DNA from: Chromera velia
Lineage: Eukaryota
Length of the DNA: 56,521 bases
Direction of reading: 5' to 3'
Assembly: GCA_018398765.1 (NCBI GenBank)
Contig: JAHBMJ010000115.1
Location: 1 to 56,521 of the forward strand
Positions within the stretch are counted from its first letter, which is position 1, and each line of letters opens with the position of its first letter. Made by a program: the position numbers and the translations under genes. The notes beneath the pieces were generated by a model. That model saw only the letters and a program-made list of their open reading frames with translations. It ran no database searches and was not told where the DNA came from. Below are positions 35,401 through 50,400 of the stretch, piece by piece.

Positions 35401-38400
35401 AGTGACTGTTTGACTGCCTGCCTGCCTAGCTGCCTGCAGACACGCTGCATCCTCCAGGGGTGCAACTGCGGCATCGCAACAGGGACACACAGCAGGTGGA
35501 GGAACCGCCGGTATTTTGCAGGGAGGCAGCAAACGTGCGCTCATTCAGGGTGTGATGGATCTCCGAGGCCTCTGCGGAAGTGTAGAGCGGCCTCCCCTCG
35601 CGCTCTCTCTGTTGCTACAGCTTACCTCTGCGTGTCTGGCCAGAAGACGACATTTCAAAAACAGCAGCCGCCATGCTGCCAGAAGACACGAGAGTCCGAC
35701 AAGCACAGGGGTGCATGGGGGAGGAGATGAGGGGGGAGCACGTGGGACCTCCGATACGTCCGGGGTGCTACTTGTGCGCCCCTCTTTGGAACCCATTGCA
35801 CCGACGGCATCGGATTTTGTGGTTCCGCCAGCGCTGCTTGTCTCTCTATTGGCCCTCGTCAGGTCGGTCCAGAGAGCGGAAGGAAGTCTCTTTCCCCCGG
35901 GGTCAGCTTTCTTCTTTTTGAAGTTTCCACTCGGAAGTTTTTTGCCGATCCGTTTTCGGCCCTGCAGAAAGGGCAAAGGTACCTCTTCGTTCGAATTTTC
36001 CCCCAAATTGTTGGCACTCTGTGGAAAGTCCCTCCTTATGTTTGTGGTCTCCGTGTGACTCGCTTTCCCTGTCATTTTGTGCGGCCACTCTTCACGCCTC
36101 TCTCCTTTCTATTCACCCGGACTGACTGAGTGCCTGCCTGTGCATGCAGAGACGAGGCCGAACGGCTGAAGCGGGTTCCCGCAGGTTCCTACTCTCCTGC
36201 TGCGAAGGGGAGAGGAAGAAGACTGCGTCCTGGAGCGATGGAGCGTGGCCCTGAGGAGTCCACTCTGGTGCCAGGAAGAAGGGAAGGGGAAGAAGAGACG
36301 GACAGTTGGGAGGGAGGGCGGGAGGCCGAGTTGGTCCGCGATGTTGCGCACAGACTTTCTTTGTTTGTATCTGAATTGGTGTGGCGATGCTTTCTTTGCC
36401 TGAGGGACTTTTCGCTCCGTGCAGTGTTTGATCCTTCGACGCACGGGGGCAGCATGCAGCAGGCCGGGGGTGGCGGTGGAGGGTTGTCGTCTAATTCGGG
36501 GGGGAATTTTGGAGATTCTTCGAGGCTTAGGGGATCTACTGCTTTGGGGTCGGGGTGGGTGGGGGAGGGGGAGGATGGTGAGATTTCCATTTCAGATGAC
36601 AGTTGGAGGGCATTGGAGGAAAGCAGCGGGGTGGTCTGGCCCTCTGCCCGTCCTCTTCAGCTGGCCCCTCTGCCTTCTTGCTCCTCTCCTGGAGGACAGA
36701 AGGAAGGGGAAGAGGGGGGTTTTGAAGGAGTGAGGGTGCTCCCGAGCCTCCGTTCACAAGTCTCTGCTTTCTTGCGGGAGTGCAATTCAACAGCGGAGGG
36801 TGGGGCACCGGGTGGAAGAGAAAAAGGTCAAACAGGATCACCTGCTGGGGTGGGGGGGTTGGTTCGTCGTTCTGTTCTGTTGAGTTTCTACTGTCCAGTA
36901 GAGGAACCTGCTTCTCTTGACGCGGCAGAATTTCTGCCGAAGATTCTTGCAAGGCCTCAAGTGCTTCTCGTGCGTGCACTGAAGCTGAATGACTTCGCAC
37001 TTGCCAGACAGGTTGGTCAGTCAGACTGTGAAAGGAATGAATCTTTTGTTATGTCTCTTTTGTTATTCTGACCTGCTTAGCAATCCTGCCGTTTTTTTCT
37101 GGTCAACCATTCCTGCTCCTTTGAGCCCATCATTCGAAGGCTTTTGATTTACATGATTCTAAGAGGTGCTTCATTTCATGAAAGTATCGGGGAGTCTGTC
37201 GTCAATTTATTTTGATACAGAAGAATTCTGAATATATATTTTCGTACATATATCTTCATGAAAAGCCCCTGAAAAATAATTCTGTATGAAAACAAATGCA
37301 TTCATGAAAGTATTGGGGTGTCTGTCATCCTCGTTCAAAGAAAAGATTTCCCTCTCCCTCATGCAGATCGTGCGGTATTTCCACCTGCGTAGGCGTGAGG
37401 AGAGAGAGCTTGACCTTGCCGAAGTGTTTGGCACTCTGAGGGAGATGTTGATTTCTCGAGGGAAGATTGCAGAGACAGAGGGTGAAGAGAGGATAGAAGA
37501 CAGAAAGACAGGAGAGGACCTCCAACAGGTCCGCAAGGGAGTGACGCTGATGGGCCGCATAGCCGAGGAAGCTTCTCTAGAAGTTGACGGCGTCCATCCA
37601 GTTGAAGAAGCAGAATCTGCCGCAGCCCTATCGGCCTTCTCTGCCTTCGCAGCTTGTGTTGACCTTGCAGTCAGCGCCTCCACATGCAACGACCTCTCCC
37701 TGAAATTAATTAGGGAAGCTTACACCTTCCTCTCTCCGGAGCATGACCGCCCCCCCCGTCTGACAACCCCGCCCCCGGCCGCAGGGACGGCATCCGCACT
37801 TCAAGCACCTGAAGACCGTCCCATAGAAACAGCTGAGATGTCTGCAGCAGAAGAGAAGGGAGGGGATGAGGGCGAGGGATCGCACGGCCAGCCGCCAGCT
37901 TCATTTGTTGAAGGAAGGGGAAAGAGCGGGCAGGGAGAGGGAGAACAGGGATCGTCAGACAGAGAAAGCGAGGAGGAGGCAATTGCCGCAGCAGGAAGAG
38001 CGGTACGCAAGGGGGTTGCGATTCCAGCGGAAACTTTCTTCGCCAATTTCGCACAGAGGTCGGTTGGCACGCTACAGAGAATGATGTGAAAAGACCCTAC
38101 CCTACGATCCTTGATTCTCTCTTGATTCCTAAAATGACGGGATGGATGCGGCTCAAATGAAGAGAGAGGAAGGAAGGAATGAAGTAAGGAGGAAGCAAAG
38201 CTCTGTGGAAAGACAGAAACAGCAGAGAACAGAAAGGAAGAGCTTCAAAGGAAAAAACAGCGAGAAAGGGAAGAGCATCCGCATTCGTACCTGTCGCTGC
38301 AAGTGCTTCTCACTCAACTGCGTTCTCTCTGGCTCAAGGTCAAGAGAGAGGCTACTGTCGTGATTTTGGGTTGAGGCCTCTCGTCTTTCGGAACAGACAT

Positions 38401-41400
38401 ACTATGTGACTCTGTGACTGACAATTGGTTTCTGCAGGCTGACGGTGCTTCTGGAAGCAAAGGGACGACTGAGTGCCCCCACCTCTGGATCTGCTGCCGA
38501 CCCAAGAGAGGAGGGCTCAGGCCTTGCAAGTGTCCTCATTGATGTAGAGATTCTTCCAACAGAGCCGGGTCTCCTGAAGTCCCACTTGTCTCGAGTGCAG
38601 TCACAGAGAACGGCTCTGGTTTCGTTGGTGCAGTCGGCAGATCTTGTCAGGAAGGGACACTCCTCGAGCTCCAAAAAGTGAGCGAGTTGGAATCCGTGTG
38701 CAGGAAGCACACAAAGTCAAAGGGAGTGGATTGCGCTGAAAATGATTCAGTTGAATTCATTGGTTTCACTCTAGGGGTACAGAGAGAAAGCATTCTGTAC
38801 GACGCACATTTGTGTCAAGCCTTTCACAGTCTCGTCTGCATCTCTTTTTTCGTTCTCCTTCGTTTCCCCTAGCGGTAACCGTTCCTCCTTTCCTGTCGTT
38901 CCCTGCATGGTATAATCCTTCGAATATCTCTTTGGCGAAACAAAGCATCGAGAAAACTGTTGGCTGTTCTCTTCATGCAGGACGTTGGTTGATTTCTTGG
39001 CGAGTGCCATCAAGACTCTGTCCTCGGAGTCCGGTGCGGCTCTTGGGGGAGGAGATGGGGAGGATCCAGTGGATGCAGAAATTGGGCTGAGGGCAGCTGC
39101 CGTGGCGTCCTCGTATGCGGAGACGGGGGCAGACAAGGAGAAGGAAAAGGACAAGGACGGAGGGAAGGGAGGGGCCCAGGCAGGTCCAAGATACCTCCTC
39201 AGCTTCCTGGAGTACCTCACCAAGGTGGCTGAATTGAGGAGATCGGCTGCAGCCAGGGCAAAGGCAGCCCTTGCAGGGACCTCAACGGGGGGTTCCTCCT
39301 CTGTCTCTGACAAGGGAGAGGCCGAGTTGGACTACTTTGCGGTCTTGGCTGAGACCCCAAAGGTCGGTCGGGCTCTCAAGGGACAGCACAAATTTTTTGG
39401 GGGGGGAGACGTTCTTTCCCTCGGACACTTGGTCCTCGAATCAGAACTCACGAAAGACAAAGTTCTATTCTTTTGTTTTTGTTTTTGGGCAGAAGGGCAG
39501 AACAGAGTATGACTCTCGCTTTATCTCTCTGCATATTTTTTTGCTGTTTTCATCTCGCTTTGTTTCTTTTTTTTCGTTTCAATGCAGGCGATGGTTGCAC
39601 AGGTTCTCTTCGACATGGGAGGTGAGGGACTGAAGGAGGCCCTCCACCTGTCTGACCTGATGAGGGTGGACCCTGTGGAGGTCATCGTCAACAGCAGTCT
39701 CCGTCTCCCCTTCAAGAGAATCGAGGGGGCCACCGTCGTACTCCCCGCAGTGTCTGCAGGTGAGGGGGGGCAGAAGAAGACGCAACAGCAGCCTGGGGGA
39801 GATGCCCCCGTGCCCCTCTCTCTGTCTGAGACCAAGACGGGAGGGATGTCCTTAGGGAGGTTGGCGGTTTCTGAGAGTGGAGGGTGGGCAGAGGTGGAGA
39901 CAGCTGCAGAGAAAGACCAGCAGCCACAACAGCAACAGCAACAGCACGAGGTGGGAGGAGACAGGAGACGGAGGACGAAGATCTTTCCCTTTGGTCCCGA
40001 TCTGATAGGGTTCCTGGGGTGCCTGGAGACGCCGCTGCCCGGAGTGCTTGTGGGGGGGGAAGGGAAAGTGACAGAGGTTGGACAGGAAGAGGAAGTAGGG
40101 GTTGAGAAGGTTGAAGAGGAGGGAGAAGAAGAAGAGAAATTGAAAGGGAAAAGTGGGTCTCCCGCACTCTTGTCTGTGCTGGCGTGTGTTGAGAGGAGCC
40201 CGAGAGTGTGGCCGTGTGTCCGCTTTCTTGAGTATGCTTTGGGAGAGTCACGAAAATTCCCCTGTCTCCACAGGTGGATTGCCGAGAGAATGGCTTGTTG
40301 GGAGGCCCTTCGTCAAGCTCTGTTTGTTCGAGGGGTCCATGCAGGTGCGGGTGGGGACGGATGGAGATTTGAAGACTTCAAGAAACTGCCCAAGTCTACT
40401 CAGGTCAGCATACACATCGGCAAAAAGAACCAGATATCCCAAACCCTTTCGAAAGAGAGGATTCCAACTGGTGGTTCGTCTTCCTTTTGGTGACGCGACT
40501 CCTCGGAAAGGGCAGTACTCATCTCCGGTCATGACAGGGTCTCTTTGTGGAGCGCCGTCCCGCCTCTCTTGTTGTCCATGCCCTTGAAGCAAGGAGCGAA
40601 GCAAATGTACTGAGAACATTCTTCTGACTTTTTTTTTTGTACGGGCTTTTTCCCTTCTATGTTCCGTCCTCTGCTTCTCTCTGTCCTCTTTGCAGAAGGC
40701 CGCTCGCTCAGCAGGAGACGACGCCGAGGCTTACCTCTTCGCTCTGTACAGAGTGGTTGCGGAGATGCAGAGACAGGAGGGAGGGGAGCGGAATCTCCAG
40801 AAGGCACTTGCACTTGCAGACGCGCACTTGAGGCTCGACTCAGACCTATCCGATCGCCTCGTGCTAGAAGTCGTTCAGGCTCAGGCAGACGCCTACGCAG
40901 AGAAGGGAGATTTGAAAAAGGGAGACGAATTAAAAGAGGACACTGGCACGAGAGGAGAATCGGGAGAAGATGTACTGTCGCCGTCTGAGTGCCTGTTCCG
41001 GCTACGTGATAGACGCCTGGCTGCTCGTCAAGCGCTCCAGTGCTACTGGCAATGGGATTGCGACACGGCCATTTCAACGCTTTCAATGGTTTTGTTGAAT
41101 TTGAGTTTGCATGAGCCAGAAAGAGAACGAGAGAGGGAGAGACTCCGGGAGGCTGAGCGCAGCAGTGAAGTAAGGCCGAGGGAGAATGAGGAAGAGGAGG
41201 AGGCTCTAGGACGGTCTGGTGAGGGGGAGGCAGAGAGAGAGGTTATGCAGGCAGACGGGGCTGGACAGAGGGGCGAGTGGGAGCGTGAGAGGGTACGAGG
41301 TCCTGCTCTGCAATTGGGTGCTTCGGGTTCGAGTGCATTTGATGAGCTCAGAGCACAACGCAGGCAAGTGCGTGCAGTTTTGCGGCGTCTGACGACTTTC

Positions 41401-44400
41401 CGAAAAATTTTGGACATTCCTGGGGTCAGTCAAGTCAACTTTCTGGTTGTCAATGCGACTTGGCTTTTTCCCCCTCGGAAGTGAGCATTCACTCGCTGCA
41501 TATTCGAAAATTTTGACTCTCTCTTCCTTTGAAGACACCTGAACCAAATCTTTTTGAGGGTGAGTGGGTCGAAGGAAAGACGGAAGCGAAACAGGCCAAG
41601 TCAAGAAAATCAGTGGAATTAAGGAAAAAGTCGAACTCCCACTGTGATGTGATGAGGTCGTTTGCGCCACGTGATGCGCGTGCAGACCCTGATTGATCCC
41701 TCCACGTATGTGCATTTTTGTGTTGAAGATGCGTTTCTGTTTTCTCCTCTCCTCTCTGTTCTGCTTGCTGCAGGTGCAATGGAAAGTCTGGCAAGACATC
41801 GAGAGAGAAGTTGCGGCTGTCGGTGGAGAGACGGAGGAGCGGAAGGAGAAGGAGAAAGAAAAAGAGGAGGGTGCTGAGGGGAAGAAAAAAGAGAAAGACA
41901 AGCTCTCTCTGTCCGTCTCTTCCCTCCCGGCAGAGAGTGGAGGCGACTCTTCTTCTGTAAGCGGTGCAGTGGAGACTCTAGTGTCTCTGCACGAACACGA
42001 TCTGGCGAGGGCTCTCTCCAAGGTAGGTCTCTCTCGTCCTTTCGCTTCCCGGTCGCTTAAAATTTCCATGAGTGTGGTTTTCCTGAAATGTAATACATGG
42101 ATATTTGGGGAACATGCTCAAGGGCTTTGCTTCCGGGAAGACTCCCAACTTGCCTGAAGCTGTGCTTCTTTGTTCCTGCATGCGAGAGGCCCTAGAGGAT
42201 GCCTTTGGTGGGTCGGGAAAGGATACGAATTTTTGTTGTGTCCCAGGTATGCGCACAAAAACTCTTGTCGTGTGTATGGCTGCAGATGTGCGGAGTGACG
42301 GGTCCTGTCCACCCTCTGGAGTTGAGCAGTTTCCTGTTCACGTTCACAGTGAAGGGGAACAAGACGGAGGCCGTGAGGGCCCTCCTCGCCTTCCCGCCCT
42401 CCATGTGCGTCTCCCTGGCGCTCTCTGCCGTGGAGGCCTTTGAGGAAATCGACCATGGGCTGATGCTTTCGAGCCTGGTCTTGACTCGGCTGAGGTCTCT
42501 TCTGCATAGATCTGAGGTCAGTGCGAGTGCACGCAGACAGAGGGGTGGAAATGAAAATGCACGGGGTTTCACACAAAGGGTGAAGCAGACGGCGAAAGGC
42601 GTGCTGGCTTTCTTTCCCTTTCCGGTGCCTCCTTTCATCTTCTTTTGCAGTGTGTACGTCTTCCTTGTTTCACAAATGAAACGCTTCCTTTCTGTTTGCA
42701 GGTCAAAACCCTCCTGGTTCGTGTGGCGGCCCTCCGACTGCTTCGACGCGTCTCCCGAGTGATTCTGCCCCAGTTCCGTCCTCTCCTCTCGAGACCCGCC
42801 CTCGTCGTGGAGTCTCTCTTGATGAATGCAAGAGCAGACCTTCTCTCGGATTTCTTCACAGACTTCCCTTCATACAGACACGATGCACTTATCATTCAAT
42901 ACTCAAGGAGTGCTCTTGCCCTGCCTCCACGTCCAGCTGACTCAGCAGCTGAGGTGAGTGGAGACGAAATCGCGCCAGCGTTCCCCGTCATCACCGAGAA
43001 ATCTTCTTCCACTCCCAGAGTGCGGACTGTGAAGAGTCCCCAGGAGATTCCAGACCTCGCACACCTGCCCGGTTTGGGCTCTGGTGGGCCCTGGTGTCTC
43101 ACAGGAGACGAGCAGGTTGACGCCAAGCTCCGTGCCTCCCACTCCTTTGCGGCAGCCCCATCAGATACCCTGGCCAAGCAGATCCTCTCTCTCTGCTGGT
43201 CCTGCGAGAGCCCTGCTGCCTCCCCCTCTTCCCGTCCTCCAATGAAGGTCAACACCCAACAGCAGCAGCAGAGAAGTGCTCTGGAAGGGGGACCGGGACG
43301 CGCCTCTGTGCCGGTGGGGCTCCGCAGAAACACACCGCAGCACCAGCAGCCACAGGGGCAGGGAGCCGGTCGGCGGGGCCAGACAGCAGCCTCTGCAGCG
43401 GCGGCAGCGACCCGCAATGCTGAGAGATGCTTCCAGATCTGCGACGAGCTCAGCTCCCGCATCCCCCTTCTGGTTGCCCGTCATCCAGCCACAAGGGACC
43501 TCCGTCGTTTCTCTGCAGCCGTGGGAGGCCCCGCAGACAGTTTCCTCTCATCTTCACCCACACGTCAGAGGGAGGCTTCAAGAGTACCCGAGAGGGCGAC
43601 CAGCAAGAGGGTCTCGGGGGTGTTCAGGCGCCCTGTCAGAGAGCAACAGGCTTCGGGGGAGAGCAGAGCCTCCAACAGATTGTTGCTTGATGTGCGGGGG
43701 TGTCGGGAGAGTGCAACGGATGTGCGTGGGAAGGCGAAGAGGCTGGAGACGTTACTGAGAGGGAGCTGTCCTCTTGACAGGTTCTCTCCGTTCAATTGCA
43801 CAGCAACAACTGCACGCTCCTCTTCTCTTTACTCTCGGTATCTTGAAGCGGTGGCGTGTGAAAAAACCGCACAAAAATACAAGGCGGGGGGAAAGAGTGT
43901 GGATGAGGGAGAAAGCAATGGATTGAGTAAGGAGAGAGACGGGAATCCTGAAGAGGGCTCGAGCGACCTCGAAACCCACAATGGCAACACGCGTCTTCTC
44001 AGTTCGGCTCCTGTTGTCACGAGGCTGATCGAATCTCTCTTGGACTTCCTCCCGTCAGTCAGTCAGGCTCTATTCATTTTTTCTCCGCTTGCATGTCCCT
44101 TCCGTTTGGTAGTGCGTTCTGGCTCCGTTTTTCTATTTGTGATACGCTTGTGTGCAAGGGGTTAGCTGCTGGTTCCCATTCTTTGGATCGACCATGATTC
44201 TCTAAATCTTGCCTTTCTGCCTCATTGTATGCGCTGGACATAAGAATCTTTTCGAGCGACCTGTTTTTTTTTTCATCGCATCGTCCCATCTTGCTGAATT
44301 GTCTTTTTTTCATCGTATCGTCCCATCTTGCTAAATCCTCGGGTCTCTTGGCAGAGAAAAGTTCAAGGCGGTTACAAGGGTCGCGGAGAGAATGCGGTTG

Positions 44401-47400
44401 GCCACCCGTCAGGTCAGCAGTCTGTCAGTAGGAAGCGAGAGCCCTGGAATGCATGCAGGAATTTCCCCCCCACTCGCTTTGACCCAATATCCTGAAGAAC
44501 ACGTTTTTGCCATCTATGCTCATGTTGCCTTCGTTGCTGCCCTCTCACGGGAATTTCTAGGGAGAGTTTGTCAGAATGTCAGGCTGAAGACGGCAGAAAA
44601 AGAACATCCTTCTCTCCTGTGCACCCATTTCCTCTGCTTCTCCTATTGTCTCCTTTTCTTTTCCCTCCTTTGTGCAGGTAGAGCTGATTCCCGTCTTGTG
44701 GCAGACTGCGGGGCTGCCGGTCTCCTTGGCCTCTCTGGCAGACTCCCACGCGGCCAGCAGGCTCTGCAGTCTCCTCGTGCAGGCAGACCTCCCTTCCCTC
44801 GCCCTCAGAGTCAGCGCACCCTTCGAGGCCCTAGCCACAACACATAGCAGCAGAATACCGCCCGCTCCTACCGACTCGCCACCTGCTGGGCACTTCACGG
44901 GAGCTCCAAGTAGGCAGCAACGGCACAAGGGTATGGGAGGGGGACGCTATGAAGGATCTAACTCGGAGCCTTCAGGGGGGCAGGAAGGCGTGGATGGAGA
45001 CGGCGGTGATCAGCACAGAGCGGGTGTGCATTCCTTCAGCCTCGCCCGTGTCTCTCAGGCCCCCATACGGCACAGGCTGGCTGTTGCTTTCACCCGGGTC
45101 GGGCGGCTTGAGGAGGCCCGCGTTCAGCTGGACGCGTGCGTCACGAAGGCCCCGGAAAGAATCACAGTCAACGATCCAGATGCACCGTCCCCTGGTGGTA
45201 GAGCAGGAGCGGCTGCGCAGAAGGATGGTGTGGTTTCGGATGGCAAAACAGCAGAAGACGCAGGGGTGAGCAGTGGGTCGGATGAGTTCCTTCGTATCCA
45301 GATGGGGGCAGGTGGCAGATCGACAGGGGGGAAGTCAAGGAGAGGCCAGCAGACAGGGAAAGCAGGTGGTTCGCAAGATCCCAACAGCACTGTGTCTGTG
45401 ACTGCCTCCTCCCCCCTGTTGGCTCTTGAGAATGCCCTCGCGCACCCCCCTCTGCACGATGGAACGTCTCTCCGTTCTCTGCACCGTCTCCTCACGCACA
45501 ACGCACTCCATCGGAAACTCCACAAACACCCAACTCCCCTGCCGCCGTTCCCCCTTCCTTTTCTGTTCCCTGCCTGGTCGTCTGTGCCCCCCCCAAGCAC
45601 TGGTGTAGAGGACAGAAGTGGACCTCTCAGCATATTTACCAAGGTGCCTGTTCCCTTGACTCGCACCATGGTGTCACTATACCCTCCTATCCACCCTCTC
45701 CCATCTGCATCGGGTAGCTCGGCAGCTGCATGCGGACTCCCTTCCTTCCCCTCGGCGGGTCGCCTTGCCGCAGCACAGGCACATTTGTCAGAGGCAGAGG
45801 AGAGTACGGAGACGGAAGACGGGGACTCGGGAGATGAGGAGGAAGAGAATGGAGATGGGTGTGAGTCTTTCAGGCTGCCTGATGGCAGCATCGCATTGTG
45901 GGATGGAAATGTGTTTCGAACGAAGAAAGATGTAGCAGGACTTTTGGAAATGGGAATGAAGGGTAATTTGATGGGAGCGAGAGCAGAAGCGGAACTAAAA
46001 GAAGTGAGTGAAGAAATGGGGGGAGAAGAGGGAGTTGATCCGTTGGGGGCAGGAGGATCTACAGGAAGCGGATTGGGGGGTGCAAGAGAAAGAGACAGGG
46101 AGAAAGAAAGAGGAGGGGAGGGTGGTATTGCAAGTTTGCGGAGAGGGAATGAGAAAGAACGGGGACGAGGACGGGAGATAGGAGAAGAAGAAGAAGAAGA
46201 AGAAAAAGAAGAGGGAAAAGGATTGTCAGGTACCGCACCCGCCGCTTCCCCGTCAAGGACCGGTGTAGGACTCGGACAGGGTGTCGGTCGAGCGTTCGGA
46301 CCGGGAGAGGGTCTGAGCCGTTCCAGCAGTATTCAATCTTTGGGGAGTCTTGCAAGTGAAGGTTGGTCTGCTTACTGCTCTTCTGGGAGTTAACTTTTGT
46401 ACCTGGTTATTTTGTTCATTCCTTCCGTTCATGCTTCTGACATTTCGTTCGCTCAAGTCCTCCCGACTGCAGCTTTTGGAAGATGAAAAAGCCTCTTCCT
46501 GAGCACCACAAAGGCGACTTCTGCATGCTATTGTGTCTGTGTTGTTGTGGTGGTGTGCAGCTGAGAAGACTGTGGCAAAGCTGGCGACTCTCGGGTCATC
46601 AGTAGGCCGTGGGGTGACGACAGGGGTGGTGGGATCGTCTGCTGCAGGGGGACTGGCAGCGTCGAGTGATGCGGGGGGAGTTGGGGGGGATGTCGGGGCA
46701 AAAAGTGAAGACAGAAGTGAGGGAGAGAGGGATTTAGACTTGGAGGGATGCGAAGAGGCTGAGAGGGAGAGGGAGAGGGGCCCCCCACCTCCTTTGGGAG
46801 AACTCCCGTTCGACTTGATGGAACGACGAGAGGAGGAAAGAGCAGCTAAAAGAAGAGGGATGGAGGGAGAGCACCTGATTTCGTTTACAGACAAAGACAA
46901 CAACATTGCGGTTCCCCTTTCGTTCTTGTCTACTCCAAGGGAGGCCTTCCTTTCGCTGTCTGGCAGGTATGTCCTGTCTCAGGATGTGGTGCTTGACTGT
47001 GTAGGTCCCAGACACGTGGGTGTAAACAAAAGTTTCACGCCCACGCAGCTTCCTGAGTGAAGTTCCTCAGCTCTCGATCAAACATCTTGTCTGACCAAGA
47101 CCAAGTGGTCCACTGTATGGGAAGACTACCGAAAAAAAGAATCAGTTTTCCTTCGTCGGTTCTTTCTCTTCGAAATTTTCCGGAAAAAGGTAGACAGCAG
47201 TTACTTGTGTCATTTGTTAAAAGCTGAAGCCCATTCATTCCTGTTTGACGTCGCATCGTCAGGAGGCTACTCCTTTGCAATTCGGTCGCTTTTTTTGGCT
47301 CTTGGGAGGTTGACGCTAGTTTTTGATGACTCATGATTGGTCACACGGGTGCGTGTGGACATATCCTTTTCCATCCTTAGTGCTCGCGTTGTTCAACTCT

Positions 47401-50400
47401 TTTTTTCCTTCTCTGTGCAGACACGCTCGCCATCGCCGCGGCAGGGGCGCAAAGAGGAAACGGACACCCGGGGGAGGAGGACAGTATTCTTCTTCTTCTT
47501 CTGCCTTGTCTTCCCTCTTCTGCTCTTGTTCCGCCATGACGGCTCTTCCCTGGAATCGTCTGTGTCCTCTTTTGAGAGCAGCAGAAAAGAGAGATGGGAG
47601 GACAGCTCAAGCTGTAGGCGGGCCTCCGTGTCTCACGCCGTCTCCTGTGCCTGCCCTTCCTGTGACTATCCAAAGAAAATTCCAGGCCTCCATGGAACAC
47701 CACCAGAGATTTGGGTCTCCCGCTTCTGAAATCGGAGTTTTGGTCAGGTACGGAAGGCTGAGGGAGGCAGTTGTGAGGATTGTCTCGGAAAGCCTCCCCG
47801 AGAAGCTCTTTGTTGAGGCTGTGGCGCGGCAGTGTCTGGCCCTCAACAAAATGGATCTGCTCAGAGAGGCAGTGATCGCCGTCATGACGCACCAGGGATT
47901 CGGCTCTCGACTGGCACCGTATTTGCAGGTCGGCTGAAGAAATCGTGTTTGGATCTTGCTCGTGGCCGCATGAGATCCTTGAAAGGGGCTCTTTTTCGCT
48001 CCTTTCCCGCGAATCCACCCTCATTCTTTGTGCTCTGCTGTTCCTGAAACTGCCGACGGTCGGAAACAGATTTATGTGTCTTTCTGTCTTGAACGCAGCG
48101 AGGACTGGGGGACAAAGACTTTTTGTGCTGCTCATTGTTGGTTTCTCAGTTGACATGCACTTGTGCAACCGCAATTTAAATCTCCGTTGTTTTTTTCTTT
48201 CAGTCTCCAATTTATTTGTCTCTTTTGGCCTGCTTGCTCTCACCCTGGCTGCCTCGATTCACCCCAACCTTCTTTCTATCTGTCTGTCTGTCTGGGTGTG
48301 CCTGCAGGCCCTGAAGACTTTCCTCAGAGACCAGTCGGCTCTCCACTTCCTTCTTCAGTACCTCGTCTTCACCCACGACACTCTGAACGCAGCGGCGGTC
48401 TCCGTGCAACTGTCTCTCTCTGCGCAGTCCTGGTCAGCAGAGTGTGTGTCTTCCTTCATGCGTCGCTTGTGTGCTTTTCTGGTCGTCCTTCCCTTTTTCT
48501 GTTTCTTCCCTAGCGTTGGTCGGTCTGTCTGTGGAGGCAAAACGCGATTTCGCCTTCTTTTTTTCGCTTCTATATGATGGCACTGTGCCGCCTCCTGGAC
48601 AGCTGCTGTTCCCTCCCTCCACTATTTTTTCTGCTTTGTTTGGTCTCAGGAGCCTTGCAAGGCTGAAACGGTTTTGCTTACTTCACAAATGCTCTATGCA
48701 TTGCAGGGATGCAAGGATGGGTCACCTCCAGTCGGCGCTTGCTCATCTTACCTCTGCCGCTTCGGCTGCCAAGCGAGCATCCGAAAAAAAGTGAGTCAGA
48801 ATCACGGGTGGTGCGCGTGCACCAAACACAGACGCACGTACGGGCGCACGCACGTACAATGCCTTCCGATGGATGAATGTGTCTGTTCTGGTCTTTTGTC
48901 ATTCAGGAGTCCGTGTCACCGTCTCACACTCTGCGATTGTCTGGGAAGAAGCTGGTTCCAAAGCTTATTCAGTGACTGTGCGCGCTTTGTCACCTTCTGT
49001 CCCTCCTTTCTGCAGACCCTCTGCCAGTGGAGCAGCAGAAGCGTCCAACGCCGAGAGAAGCAGCTCTACATCTTCCAGTCTGCACGCCGCTGCTGCAGGA
49101 GCATATACAATGACCCAGCCCTCGACTCACTCTCACCATCACCACGGTGTGTCAGGAGGACGAACGTCGACCCAGACCGCGGGTTTGGAGGGTTCCTCGT
49201 CCGATGCCGTCGTTTCGGGGTCAGGTGTCGTTGCGGTGGGTGCGCAGGTTGGGGGGGTACACTCGGGCCACCAGGGTCCGGGTCTTCTGTCTGCCCTCAT
49301 GCGAGTGAACCTCGGAGACGACCCTCCCTTCTCCCCCCAGACTGTCTCTGAGGCTTTCATCTGGAGGCTGATCCAGGCGGTGCGATTCCAGATCGAGGCC
49401 ATCGAGGCCTTGCCTCAACTGCCTCCTGCCCTCACTCTCTTCGAGTCGGACGGCAGCCGTAGAGAGGTCAGGAGGGTGGAAGGCAGAAATGAGAGCCAGC
49501 AAAAGAAAGAGACAGCACCCAGGAAAAGGAAGGCACAAATGCGCCGAGATAGAAACACCACGAAACAGAATGAATCCGGCTGTAAGGAAGGGAAAAAACG
49601 AGGAAGAGAGAAAAAGGAAAGATCATAGAAGAAGGTGGGGTGGATTCATGAATGCATAGCACTCATAGGGTGAAAGAATTGGAAGTCAGGGCAATTCACG
49701 TGCAAGACAGCAATCAATGAAAGTCCCTGTCAAAACCTCAAGTAAGCGTAGAATCTGTACTTGAGGGGAAGCATACCGTGCACAAAGGAAAATGAGAGAC
49801 GGCACTGCGGTTGGGTAACAATGTACGAAAATGTCAAAGGCAAAAGCAAGACTATCCTTACAACCACGCAGCGCCTCCGGGAAGATTGACTTTGATACCA
49901 TTTTTCTCTTCCGCACAACCGTTCCGTGCATGCATCCCCTCGATCGTTCCTTTTTGCAGTTGGTCGAGCGGCTTCTCTGTGAGGGTTGCCAGTCCCTTGC
50001 CAACCGGATCATCGATCACTTCGGCCTCCCACGACTGGAGCTGTACGTGGCGGCTGCGGCCAAGATCGCGTGGCATGCGGGGTCGGAGGCGACGCGGGCC
50101 CGCCTGGCAGCTGAGAGGGCGCAGCAACGCCAGGAGGCGGAGAAGAGACGGGAAAGGAGGAGAGCGAAACTTGGGAAGAGACGGCTGCGACAAGAGAGGG
50201 AGAAGGAAAGAGAAAGGGAGAGAGAAGGAGGAGAGGGGCTGGGAAGTGCAAATGCAGGTGTTGACTCTGTGGAGGGAGAAGGGAGGACTCTCGGAGGATC
50301 GGGTGACGGAAGAGAGGGGAAAGAGACGTCAGATGCTGCAGCAACAGCAGCGGCTCTTGTCGCAAGTGCACACGGGGGCGAGCTGGGTGCGGGGGCATTC